A stretch of DNA of 64,000 bases from Flectonema sp. DT1601 (Eukaryota), in NCBI GenBank assembly GCA_964019425.1, contig OZ025786.1, positions 1-64,000 on the forward strand, written 5' to 3'. This document shows positions 22,246-33,950 of this stretch, in pieces; position 1 is the stretch's first letter, and each line of letters begins with the position of its first letter. The notes beneath the pieces are model-generated. The model worked only from the letters and a program-made list of their open reading frames with translations. It was not told the origin of the DNA and made no database searches. Made by a program: the position numbers and the translations under genes.

Positions 22246-24082
22246 ATGACTCGTGTAAATTTTGAGTTCCCTGAGTTCTTAATTGAGACTTGGAAGGCGC
22301 AGATGGGTGAGGAACCACCAAAGAAGCTCGATAATATCAATCTGGACGAGCTGGTTGCAAGCATCCCCTTTAGTATCGACTTAAGTACATTGAGATCCGA
22401 CAAGGAGACAAGAAGGTTGATCCAAGGCACACTGGCCATGTGTCTCGGGATCCCCAATGATGCGGCCAAGACACTTTCGATGAATAAGTGTCTAGTAATA
22501 CTTGGTGTGTTATCAAGGAGCCGCCTGCAGTTGGTCAACCAGAGCGCCGCCCGGATGAGCGAGCGGATATCTAAGGGGGGGTCGGATAGGCTGGTGACGC
22601 ACGACGAGGCGGAGGATGCGATGGGATCGCTGCAGCAGAGCACAGACACACTGAGAAGTGATACCAAGCAGGGGTTCGACTCGCTGAGAAGCGAAACGCA
22701 GACGGCGTTTAGCCAGTATCAGAGGGAGAGCCAATCAGTGAGGAGAAGGGTTGGGGAGGCCACTGAAAAAGCCGAGAACATCGGAGGCATGTGGGAGGCC
22801 TTCAGAGAGCAACAGACCCAACAACAACAACAACAACAAGCTAGCGTTATCCAGCAAATCACACAACAGCAGAGAGATCAGCAAAAGCAGAATGCGGAAG
22901 TGATCCAGAAAATCTTACAAGAAATCAGCAGATCTGAAGAACGGGTTGACTACGGCTCAACAAGTTCCAGTAGTCGGGGGAGCAGCACAGCAACAACCAG
23001 CACCGGGGTCGAACGAAGCGATGACACGGGAGGTGACTGATCCGTCTGCAGGCAGGGATGTAACAAAGTGGGCATCCGTTATGAAGTCAGGAAAGACCGA
23101 GGTACTGATCCATGGGATCAGGGAGCGGTATGTGAACGGTCTGGAGTACAAGGTTGGTAGGGGCCAGCTACCTGGCTTCTTCAGGCAGTTGAAGAACTTC
23201 GTTCTCGGTTTGGAGTACGTTGAAGGGTGGGAGGAGAACCCGCACTTTGTGGAGTTGGGGAACGAGCTGCTGGAGCAACTGCGGATGCAGTATTACTTTT
23301 GCAAGGATGGTATGAAGAGATCAGAGTTGGAGATGATCTTAGAAGTTGCATCGGAAGACCCTCTGGAGAAGGCAAACGCAATGGCGAAGAGAAATAGAAA
23401 TGCGAAGATGCAACAACCGAAACGGAAAGGGGGGAGATCGTTTGTCTCTACGTATCCATCGTCGGGAAACGGGAGAGGGTTCGCGAAGTGACCAGCCGAC
23501 CGGACCCTGCAAGTAACAACAAAACCAACGTTCCTAAAACGAAGGTTAGACACGCAAGTATTGGAAACATCCCCATTGCCAAAGTTAAAGTTGAGAAAGC
23601 CCGCAAGACTTATGCAGAAGCACCCAAGACAGGTGTTGAGGAGCAGCCGACTAAAGACAAGGTTAGGAGGATCTGTAAGTTTAATCGTTCAAGACCCGGA
23701 CAACCTTGTAAAATCCGCAGTCCGAGGATTCCCCAGCGGAAGGGAGATGAAAATAAGCTCAGTTGGAACAGAAGAGATCGCAGATTCAACGGAAACAATG
23801 CCCTCAGAAGGATTAGAAGGAAATGTGGTTGGGAAGATCCTGTTGGACATGATGGAGGGATGCCCAGAGGGGGCGAAGAGGCGGCATGCCGAGGACCCCG
23901 TCATATACATGGAGGCGACAGAAAAGCTTCAAGAAACACTGGAGAAGATGTGGGCCTCAAAGACAACAGCAAGCAGGCGGAACCTGTGGAGAAGATTTCG
24001 GGCCTGGGCAAGGGAAAAGGAGAAACCAGCAAACGCAAGCTCGGCTGTTCTGTTCGTGATGGCGACAGGTGTGGCAGTGCAA
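22246..24082 (+). mobile_element. 5' portion of a DIRS/TATE-like YR retroelement: gag-like ORFs 22246-23040 and 22946-23491, then the start of a YR-like ORF; truncated at ~24082
   Basis: Overlapping ORFs with coiled-coil and poly-Q. LWRRFRAW...AVLFVMATGV resembles the N-terminal helical domain of TATE-like recombinases. Paralogous fragments at 14587-15068 and 29176-29382. Confidence 0.65.
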
Positions 24083-24705
24083 GGTACTGCTGATCGTTGC
24101 CATGAGAGGTTGAATAGTCTTAGTAGTTGCTCGAGGAAAGCTTTTGGAAGTTGTTTTAACATCGAGTTCCAGATGTGGTCAGGTCCAGGTGCCTTCTTCT
24201 CCTTTGTTTTTGAAATTTGTCGTTCCAGTTCAGGCATTCCAAATTCCACTGAGTTGTCATCAGGTATTCCTTGTAAGGTTGGTTCACCGTCTTCGAATTT
24301 GAATTGGTCTGCGTATGTTTTGGTGAAGACATCTGCCATTTCCCGCGGGTCGGTTAATTCCTTCTCACCATCGACAATCTTAGTAATTGAATGGTCCATC
24401 ATTCTACCTTCCAGTTGTTTAACTTTTCTAAAGGCCCATCGGTAGTCCATTCCAGTCATGTCGCACTCAATGATCTTCTGTTTGATCATATTGATACCTC
24501 TTTCAATTGCTTCTGAGCCTGTCTTATCAGGGTCAGTCCCTGCCATTAAATCTTCCAATTCTGAATCCCTCACAGCGAAGGTACTACTTGACTTTTTGTT
24601 GTAGCCTGGGATGGCCCTTCTCGCTGCTCTCAGAATCTCGTTGTTGATCCTATTAGCTAGTTTCTGCACATTCTTAATTCTTTCTAATTTGGGCGCTGCC
24701 CTTTA

Positions 24706-25431
24706 TCAGAACAATATTTTATAATAATTCCAATCGGCACAATGCCACTTCCATTTCCATGTTCCAGAACTCTCTTTTGAATATTCATCTGTTTTGATAT
24801 CTTCGATTGTCAGTTTGAGCGGCAGGTGATCGCTGCCCCATCCCTTCATGAGTTCGATTTGTGCATCCAAAGAAATATCTAATGCAATTACATCCGGAGA
24901 GGCTGGGCTCTGTGGTCTTGTGTGTTGTTGAGATTTGTTTAGAATTTGAATTGCTGCTTCTAGTGACCAATCGTAGAAGCTGTTACCAGTAATGTTCGTA
25001 TTTCCATTTGACCAAGTTGAATGGTGTCCATTAATGTCACCCGCAATCAATGTGCCGGGCCCTGTTTTAAACTTCCATGTTGTTGCCTTGATTTCAGGCG
25101 GGTGGTAAACATTGTGAATTGCCAATGGCGGATTAGATTGAAGTACTACTGTTAATATCTCAGTTTGGTCATGTGAGATGTCGGGGTGTTTTAATATTAT
25201 CTTATTTAAATCATTTCTGACCAGAGTGACGAGTCCTCGATGACCTGACTTGATGGTGCTGCCTCGCCTGTGGATTGCATACCCTTCAATAGCGAAGTGT
25301 TTTTCTTTAGATAACCACGTTTCCTGCAGTAGTACTACATCAGGCTTTTCTTCTTTCAGTGCCCAGTTCAATCGAAAGTAATTTTCTGGTTTCAGAACTG
25401 AGCGTATGTTATTTGACCAGATCACAATCAT
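24706..25431 (-). pseudogene. LINE-C ORF2 APE endonuclease; continues frameshifted to ~24082
   Basis: APE motifs; its ATG overlaps the ORF1 stop (ATGA, 25431-25428). Confidence 0.9.
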
Positions 25432-27289
25432 GATTGGCCAGTGTTGTTCCTATTGGTCGCACTTGTAGTAATCTTGTTCATACCAAGATTGTTCTCAATC
25501 CTCTTGACAGCTTCTATCAACGAAGTGATGGCTGTCGCCATGTTGTTGTTGGCTGCTTCGTTCTTTTTCGTAGTTTGCACTAGGGTTTCTACAATCCCGG
25601 TTATCTGTGCCATGCCTTCATCAAGTCGAACTTGCATGTCCTTCACTTCTTTCTGGAGACGTTCGATAGTCTCGTTCGTTTTCTCTCTCAGGCTGTTGAC
25701 GTTGTTTTCTACAACCTGAACTTCGGCCGTTGGTTTCTTCGTTGTCGGGAGTGACCTCTTGACCGCTGCTGCATACGATGTTCTAGCCCCACGGTACTTA
25801 ACTACAACAGGTTTCGCTGTTTCCTTCGCCTTCACTTCTGTTTCTAACTTTTCAATGAGGATGACAATATCACCACACTGTACAAACCTTGATTCTGGTT
25901 TCTTGTCCAGTGCGATGATAAAGTCACCTCTATCCATCCTTATGAACTTTGACTTCAGTCCTATCTCCAATAGGATATTCCGAAGTCTGTTTCCCCAGCT
26001 GTAAGGTGCTCCACTGAGACGGTGGAGCCCTTCGCCAAACACTGTGGATGCATATTTACCAGCACCCTTTCTGACTTTATCAACATCCTTTTGATAAACC
26101 ACCCTCAATCCAATCTTGCCATGAATGATGGTGAGTCCATGGCAGAGGTCATGTTGGGCTTTAAGTATGCCAACTGCCTCTTCGTTCGTTGTCTTGCGGT
26201 CCAGCCACACTGTAGTGTACTGAGTGGGTGTCTGTCCCGCCACTGATTTGATCCGGAAATAAACATTTCCTATTCCGGAGTTTCTTAATAATGCAACAGC
26301 TGCATCCACGTCGTTTGGGAGAACAGTGAGTTCTACGTAGTCTTTGCCAACGTATCTGTAGGAGCGTTGATCGACTCTTCCGTGTTGTGCCACAACAGCT
26401 TTGACAATTGCTGTTACAGCTGCCGGGTTTTGGACTTGTGACTTGGTCAACTCTTTAGTTGTTATCCACGCAATTAATTTGTGGGTCACCGTGCGTTGAT
26501 CTTCTTAGCTATTGTTAGAGTTGGGCGGTGGATCGTGCCAGACAAAGCAACGAACCACCAGCTTCTTATTCTTAATTGCCCATCAAACTGGACCGGCGTT
26601 TGTATCTGACTGCAGCCAGTTGCGTGTTGTAGGGCACGTTTTGGAGGTGGTCGTGTGAACACCATCGTCAGTTGCTTCGTTTTGCTGGCCTTTTCGAAGT
26701 AGTCTTCGTCCAGGCTTCTTGCCTGTTGAGATAATGCAAGTATAATGCCGTTGGTCTTGCTGTTGAGGGTCTCAGTTGGCTGGAGTATTTTGCATTTAAA
26801 ATGCTCCTTGTTGAGTTTCGGTGGTGGCCCATCCATAATCACCGTTGATCTTCTTTGTGCCTCTTTGATTTGAGGGCTTGATTGGGGTGCCTCATTTGAC
26901 GGAGGGCTTTGTTTCGTTTTTAATACACTTCCTTGTGCCTCTATGTTTTGAGGGCTTATTTGAATTGCCTCTTTGTTTTGAGGGCTTGTCTTAGTTTGAG
27001 TTGCCTCCTTGTTTTGAGGGCTTGCTTGAAATGCTGCGGGAGGTCCTACTACGGTCACTTCTACTGCTATTCCTTCCGGTACTTCTGGAGAGTCCATCTC
27101 CATTTCTTCCTCTGATACTTCTGGTGATTCTCCCATCACCACGTCCTCGTCTTCTTGCTGTTTTTGGGTCTCTTCTTCCCGGATCTCATTTCTGGCTTGT
27201 TCCCTCATCTTCTTCGCCTCTTTCCTTTCTCTTTCTCTCCTTTCTGCAGCCCTTCTATCTTGCGGACGCATTGCTTTCTTTCCAGCCAT
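25428..27289 (-). pseudogene. LINE-C ORF1 in two frames (27289-26486 and 26489-25428)
   Basis: TPVQFDGQLRIRSWWFVALSG block and C-terminal coiled coil resemble the ORF1 of LINE-A and LINE-B. Confidence 0.75.
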
Positions 27290-27316
27290 TTTAATTTTTT
27301 TTTTTTTACGTTAAGA

Positions 27317-27598
27317 CAATAAAGTACAGTAATTATCTTGCATCCTTTGGGCACCTGTTTGGAAGAAAGGAAACATGAGAAACAATTTAAAATTCGTGAA
27401 AAAGGTATGCGCGAAACGGGGTTCGAAATCTGATAAATGGGTGTGAATTAAGAATTGGTATTAAGAAACTAATAATCATAATGTTGGATTTACATTATGG
27501 GAACGCATCGAAAAATTCGATGCTTGGTGAAACGGTGCTTTGGGATGCTGCAAATTACTGAAATATATTTAACAGAAACTGTAGCTTTAGAATCGTTG
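27317..27598 (-). other. Split SL exon copy at the LINE-C 5' end
   Basis: 27572-27598 = CAACGATTCTAAAGCTACAGTTTCTGT and 27317-27329 = CTGTACTTTATTG; both match 40220-40257 exactly. Confidence 0.9.
27327..27560. mobile_element. MITE with imperfect ~33-bp TIRs (CAGTAATT...GCATCC...GCACC..GTTT), Tc1/mariner-like
   Basis: CAGT...ACTG ends, preceded by TA, inserted inside the SL copy. Right TA not cleanly preserved. Confidence 0.6.
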
Positions 27599-27673
27599 CT
27601 ATACAAAAAAAAAATTTGTCACGGGAGAAACAACCCCCCAATGAAAGAATTATAAAATTTATTTTTTGTTGCT

Positions 27674-27746
27674 GACACGGTGGCCCAGTGGGTGTTACCG
27701 CGGTCTTCTGAGGTGCAACTCGCGGGTTCGAACCCGGCTGCAAACC
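27674..27746 (+). pseudogene. Degenerate tRNA-like element
   Basis: A box TGGCCCAGTGG, B box GGTTCGAACCC, followed by a T-run; stems degenerate. Confidence 0.65.
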
Positions 27747-29175
27747 TTTTTTTTGTTTGCCTCAAAATGCCAACACAATGTTGAGTGACTAACTGTACTG
27801 ACTAACTGTACTTGATAACTTGAGGAACTTGTTGATAACTTGAATACGAGGTTTTGTGCCGTCAGGTACAGACTGTTGCTGTGGCGAAGGTTATCCTGGC
27901 AAAGGTGGAGTTACAATCCTGCGCCCCGATGGCTCTTTGGCACACGAAGATTGATTTTCCGATCATAAACAACAAGCCCTCCTTTGAATCACACACCACA
28001 TTCGTTCGGTCAGGGTACGTCTTTGGGCCAATTAAGCGTCTGACCAACGTTCCAGAGTGTCTGCCCCATATATCCATCCCCTCTGTGTCTTCCGTCCGGC
28101 TTCATCCCTGGAAGTCATTTTTGCATACAATGATTGATGCATCTTCGTTTGGGCCTTGTCAACAAGGTGCTTACATCCCTTCAGTGGGTGCTTGTACAGC
28201 TCTTGCCAATGTAAGGGCAGTTGGTGCCACTGTAACACCCACCTCCATAGAGACCACCTTAAACGATGTGCTGGTGGTTTCAGGCGGACGTCGTGCAAGA
28301 ACGTCCAAAATAATCTGAGAAAAACTCTTTGTGAACTTGTCACGCGTCCCAAAAGTGTCTCCCATCAGAAGCAGGCATGTTTGTTTAGAAAAAATTGTGA
28401 GGAGATTTAAAATTACTCAACGCATTTTTCAGGGAAAAAAAAAAGTCTGCCTTAAATTCGGCAAGTTCGATTCCGGGTGGCGGATTTTTTAACCACAGGC
28501 CACAAGGCACTTTTTTTGTATAGAGTTGGCGGTTTTGGAAACTTTTGTGTCTGGATTAGAGGTTTTCCCATTTATCTAATATCATTTTCTCTTGTTTTCA
28601 TTTCATTATTTATTGCTAGTGTCAAAAGAAGTTTGAGTTCTCAACTTCAATTGTTTTTTCTGTTTTCCGAAGGGTCCGCTCATTGACAATAAGTTTGCTG
28701 CACCGACTTGGTTGCAGAAGCTGATCATTAGACAAGCAGTCTTTCTTCAAAAGGGACTTCCCCTAGACTATTTTTGTGATTCCGAGTGCATTCAAGCTGT
28801 TCCTGTTAAAACGGCTTTCTTAGGCTTTTCAAGTCCAGAAAAGAAATCAGATTACTTTTAAGATTTATTTTTCCTACAATATCATTCTTTTAGCTTTATC
28901 ACAGGGTTTTTCAGACTTTTACGTTAAAGTTTTGAAAGCCCACCCACCCACCCCCTGTGACGGCGCATGTCCCGCGACCGGGCCTCTCCACGAGGTCCCG
29001 ACCGGCGGCGCCCCGCTACCCCGTTGTGAATGTATGGAATTCTTTGTCTGTTAGTACTTGCGGCGTAACTCCTTTTTCTCTCTCAGTTCGGATACAATTA
29101 TGATGGTGCATTATTTATTCTTGCCTTATAAATTCTTAACTTCGTTTCTCTTTATTTCCCTTTCCAAAAGTACAA

Positions 29176-29612
29176 TTAACAACTTAAATGCCGCACGGTT
29201 CCCTGAATCATTGCCCTTTGAGTTGAGTCAGATCTTAAATTCTCCAATGAAACACTAAAAGGCAGCTCACTTGCCATCAACACTAGATCCACCCGTTGCC
29301 TGGTTGGAACTTCGCAGTCAAATTTTTTCTTCCAGATAACTTCTAACACTTCAGGGAAATCAAAATCAATTAACATTGACATTTTGAATTGAAGAGTGGA
29401 AGTGGGTGAGTGGCTGTGAACTGCAGAAGAAGTTCGATAATAACGATAATAACAATAAAACTAATAACAGTACCACTCACGCCGAGTATATAATATGCAC
29501 GAGGTAAGAGAAGTGGAATAAAATACACACAAAGTAATTTCGGTAGTTTATGTTTTCTTTATCATCGGCGCTGCTTTAGGACATGGTAGCAAATTACCTA
29601 AATGGAATTTCA
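29176..29612 (-). mobile_element. 5' end fragment of a second YR-element family member (leader plus gag N-terminus)
   Basis: IDFDFPEVLEVIWK...LPFSVSLENLRSD...IQGT aligns with the 22246 ORF (VNFEFPEFLIETWK...IPFSIDLSTLRSD...IQGT). The leader is repeated at 43280-43398. Confidence 0.75.
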
Positions 29613-29711
29613 AAATTCCTTGTGAACCAAACACCCTTCCGCTTTGCGGTTTGAAGCTTGGGTGTGTGTGTGGTGAAATAAAGACCATGTACATCAAGTG
29701 GTTTCTTCTGT

Positions 29712-30808
29712 TTATTCGCCCAAGCTTGGTTCCCGGACAGCTGGAATTTCCACAGCCTTCGTTTCTACTTCTTGGAGGTTATCGACTCTCTTTGCTAGTT
29801 TGCACTGGGCACAGAATAGGTAGAGCGTTGCCTTTTTCTTTCCTTCAGAGAGCATCAAAGGGATCAGAATGTCACCACCCTCTCCGACAACAGCTTGTCC
29901 AGATTGGAGCTTATTGTAAAGCTCTTCAGATCCCAAGCTGCTAAGGGATGAAGGTTCTTCCACTCTCAACACTTCCCTGGGGTGAACAATCAATTCTTTT
30001 ATGTTTTCCTGGATATGGTCAGCCCCATCAAAATATTCATTCAGCAATGGTGTTTTCTTCAGCTGTCTGTATGCATGGTTCAGAAGCCCTTCAAAGTAGA
30101 GTGTTGCCTCTTCAAATGTTTTGGGGTTCATGTTTGCATCACTGCCAAAATATTCAATCAACCACTTCCCAACAAGCTTTGTGTGGTTTTCATTTGCCCA
30201 TGCCCAAACCAAACTTGGAAATAAGCATTCAACACCATTGGAGAGTTTGTGGAGAGCACCTCTAGTTCTTAATGCATCCTCTGTGGCACTGTTGAGCGAC
30301 TTTGTGAGAACTGCAGCGAGGTGGTCCTCAACTAATGAAGCAAGACCAGCTGTAAGACCAGCTGCCTTGCGTGCATTTTCCCTATCAAGGAGTGGCTTAT
30401 TTGCAACAACAGTCTCCATCTTCATTTTTGAAGGGTCCAAAAGCTTCTCTACCTTCTCTACTGTGTATGGTACAACATCAGGCGTCTGTGTGGATGATTG
30501 TTTTTCTTTTGGTGAACAAGTAATTTCAATAATCAATCCGAAGGGCTGTACTATGACCAAAACAGAAAAAGTTCGCCTTCAACAACTCGTATAGTTTTTC
30601 CCTCTCTTTGTCCAGTTGAGTCTGATAGGCGTCGAGACCGCCTTTCTTATCCTCTCACCCAAGCTTTAAAAGCTGTTTGTTTTTTGTTGAGAGCTTCCCC
30701 CTCAATGTCTGCCAGCTGAATGGCTTCAATCGCTGACAATTTCGCATCGATGACAAGTAATCGTTTGTTGTCTCTCTCGCCACCCTGCACATCACTTGGT
30801 GTACTCAT
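29712..30808 (-). pseudogene. Decayed member of the coiled-coil-header gene family (Crinkler/RHS-like), unknown C-terminal domain
   Basis: Header MSTPSDVQ... resembles the 51770 MSGSPSDVQ. Shares a non-coding motif (30531-30570) with 46815 and 51385. Confidence 0.5.
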
Positions 30809-31034
30809 GGTTTTTGTTGTTGTTTTCTTCGGGAATTCAAATCTGGGTGGGTAAGAAAATTTTAGGCATCTGTTACCATATATGCGTAGCGATACAGAAA
30901 GCAAACCTTGTCTTAAGAGATACCACAATAAAATGAAACATAATAGAAAAAGTATTAGGAGGAGGGATGGAGTAGAAGAAATATTCAAACTCCTGTTAAG
31001 AAAGAGAGGAACAACAATTCACCTGTTGACACTA

Positions 31035-31187
31035 CATAATTCGCAACACATTCATAAAAAGAACCGGTACTGCCCTGCATCAACTCACAGACAGTTCCAG
31101 GAAGGCAATTAAGGCTTGCACAATCATAAGCTGGTGGCAACTTTGCAACACATTCATAAAAAGAACCAGTACTGCCCTGCATCAACT
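31035..31187 (-). repeat. Two-copy repeat encoding LMQGSTGSFYECVA around a CASLNCLPGTVC motif
   Basis: Direct ~45-bp duplication; fragment of a Cys-rich repeat protein. Confidence 0.55.
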
Positions 31188-31438
31188 GCTGATTCTACTT
31201 CTTTGAGGATCTCATCGCTGTTACCATGTAGGCGATAACGGCCACCTTTGAGAAGTCAGGTTCCTTACGTTTCTGTTTCAAAAATCCAACACGTTTGTGG
31301 CAGTTGTGTGCAAACCAAAATTGTTATTATTTTTCGTTACATGGCAACTGTAGAAAATGAAATCAATGCTTTCGTCAACTATATTGATCTGTAACTGAAA
31401 GTTACATATCCACTGTTGTTGGAATCACTACTAATTGA

Positions 31439-32321
31439 CTAATTGCCACTACAGCTAGAAACAGATGGGTATCCAGGAATATCTTTGGGTGTGTCGTCAT
31501 CCGGGGGTGACTGACTTGGATTACGATAGTCAGGCGTATGTGTTGCGTCTTCATAATCTTGTGGGATAACGAGGGTATCGATTCGGATAGAATGAGCTAG
31601 GTGGGCATGCAGCACCCTTCGATGGTATTTTGACTGTCCTTCCATGACGACTTCCTCCCTATCACTATCCAACTTGTTAGGTCAGAGTCAGTCACGTGAT
31701 GGAATGACATATGAAACTTGTCAAACTGGCCACGACTGCTAATTCCATAACCTTCAGCCCCACACAAGAGAATCCAGTTTGAATGGTCATGCGGACTATA
31801 GAAAACTGTTGACGCTTCTTCGCAGTCAGCTTTGTTCTTAAGAAGATGGGCAATCGAAACCGGGTTTGGATTCTTGTCTGCATCACCTGACATTCCACAA
31901 AAAACGCATTTGTCACCATAAAGGTCTGTGGATTCGTATCGGAGTCGTCATCTGACAGCAACACAGCAAAGGATCAACGGATATGTCCTCTCTCACACAA
32001 TAAACCATAAATTACACCTTTACAATCTTGAGGCTGTGTTTCAAAAGAGAGTCCACGTTGTTGGCGTGCTGTCCTTAACTTCTTTGAATAGTTCTGTTCA
32101 AACTTTCGTCTTGCTTCTTTTAATGAAACTTCGTACTGATCATCTCTACGTTGGTTCTTTTCTAAGATCTTCCGGTCTTTAAATGCAACAGTGTGAACAG
32201 AACTTTCATCTTTGGCTCTGCGAACTACTGATTTGGCAATTCCAAACGGTATATGGTCAAGAGCTAAAGATAATTGGGATTTGGGAGGTGAAGTATTTTG
32301 GGATAAATTATAATTTTGCAT
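31439..32321 (-). pseudogene. Frameshifted HNH-endonuclease gene (Crinkler-type HNH)
   Basis: IAHLL...NWILLCG...FDKF...HRRVLHAHLA; homologous to 50728-51027. Confidence 0.65.
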
Positions 32322-33779
32322 GAGTGTTATTAATAAAGGAAACTGTTAACTCTAAAATGGTTAACTATTTTTTTGGGAAGCTTGACCCTAAAACTGCTTT
32401 TTAAAAAATAAAAATGGTAAAATTAAATAAAAATAATGAAAAGAGATTAAAGCTTTCTCAAGAAGGCTAAGGAAACGAAAGGGAAAAAGGTTGTCGGGGG
32501 ATTATTGAAAGCAGGGGATGAAGGTCGGGTCAGGGCTACTTCCCAGCCACAAAACCTTCATCTTAAAACCCCTGCAGCACTTGATGACTGCTCCTCATCT
32601 AATATGGGATCTAACCTACTAGTCCGCAGACGACTACCCTACTGACGGTGTTCCTATTAGTCAGTCAATAGTGTCCATCTACGACAGCGGGTCATCAAAT
32701 ACACAAGATAATAGAAAGAGAAAAAAAAGAGAGAATTGACTAACCCTGTACTGAACAACCATCTCAGAACGGAAGACGGTTGTTGACAATAAATATTTAT
32801 TGAACATTTTAAAAAATCTTTTTCGTTCTTACAATACTTGTTAAATGCAAAATAAAAAAGTAAACTTAAACTTAATCTTCATTGAAGATCTCGAAATTAA
32901 TTCGTACTCATATCCCTGAATAAGGTACATAATATTATGTGTCCCAAATTCCAATTAAAATTCATAGTAATTCATCATGGCGGTACATTTGTACTCCGAA
33001 TCAGCCAAATTATTCAGCACCAATTGGTACTTAGGACTAAGTATACAGCTTTGAATTGTATATACTCTTCTTAGCTGCTACTGCCTCTAAATAAACATTT
33101 AAAATCAACCAAATTATTATTGAAAAACACAGTAGAAACGATTATAACTTTAAAACAAATTTCTTCCAAACAAACGAACGATAACCAACCGAAGATACGC
33201 CCTTAAAGAAACAGGTAACAAAAGCTACCGTTTAGTTCAAATCCTCACACTTTATGGAGGGATGAGGCGTATAATAAAATATGAAATACAAATCCATGCA
33301 ATTCATTTATTTTGATACATACTCCACACGAAGGCATGATTGTCCCCCGGGTATATTTATAACTTGATACTAATATTAAATGGAAAGCAACTTGAAACTG
33401 GCAAAAACGAGAATAGGGTTCAGCCAAACCTGGTTGCAATAAAAGAAATCAACAGTTGGTATCGATAAAAAACCTCCTGGTAGGGGGAGAATTAATGTGA
33501 GATTCCCGATTCCACACTTAGATACATATAAGCACTGTAAATAGTTAGTTAGTTAGTTAGCAAGTCCATCAGACCACCGAGTATCGGTTAGGTAGACACT
33601 CAAAGAGTACCGGGTGGCTCTTCTGAGGGTCCCCAATACTGCGGCAGTAGGAAGAACCTAATCCCGGGGGATTATTTTGTTAGTATCAGCACAGGGCATA
33701 CTAGATCAGGAGACCTAGAAACACTTTGCTTCCACCTTGTCCGGTATACTAGCAGGAAACCACGCAATTAAGTAAACAA

Positions 33780-33824
<45 letters not shown>

Positions 33825-33950
33825 AGTTCTAATCTGAAACACTAAATAAACTTGATATTATGATGAAAAAATAAAACAAAATAAAATAATATAAGATAAC
33901 ATAAAATAAAATAGATGAATTTAATAACTCAGTAAACACAGTTGATGATT

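Larger units (their letters stand above)
24082..27598 (-). mobile_element. LINE-C: 3'-truncated non-LTR retrotransposon (ORF1, APE, start of RT)
   Basis: APE motifs WSNNIRS, LQETW, GDINGHH, SDHLP; KAPGPD...FNLSW...VP, then broken. SL at the 5' end, split by a MITE. Confidence 0.9.

Noticed and set aside
23561..24669. ORFs 23561-24445 (+) and 23929-24669 (-) as real full proteins
   Set aside because: Chimeras across a deletion junction, each reading into the other's antisense.
27854..28410. Short ORFs, possibly a decayed gene
   Set aside because: Stops in the plausible frame and no motif I can recognise.
33781..33822. Poly(A) tail of LINE-B
   Set aside because: Wrong strand; a minus-strand element should show poly(T) on +.
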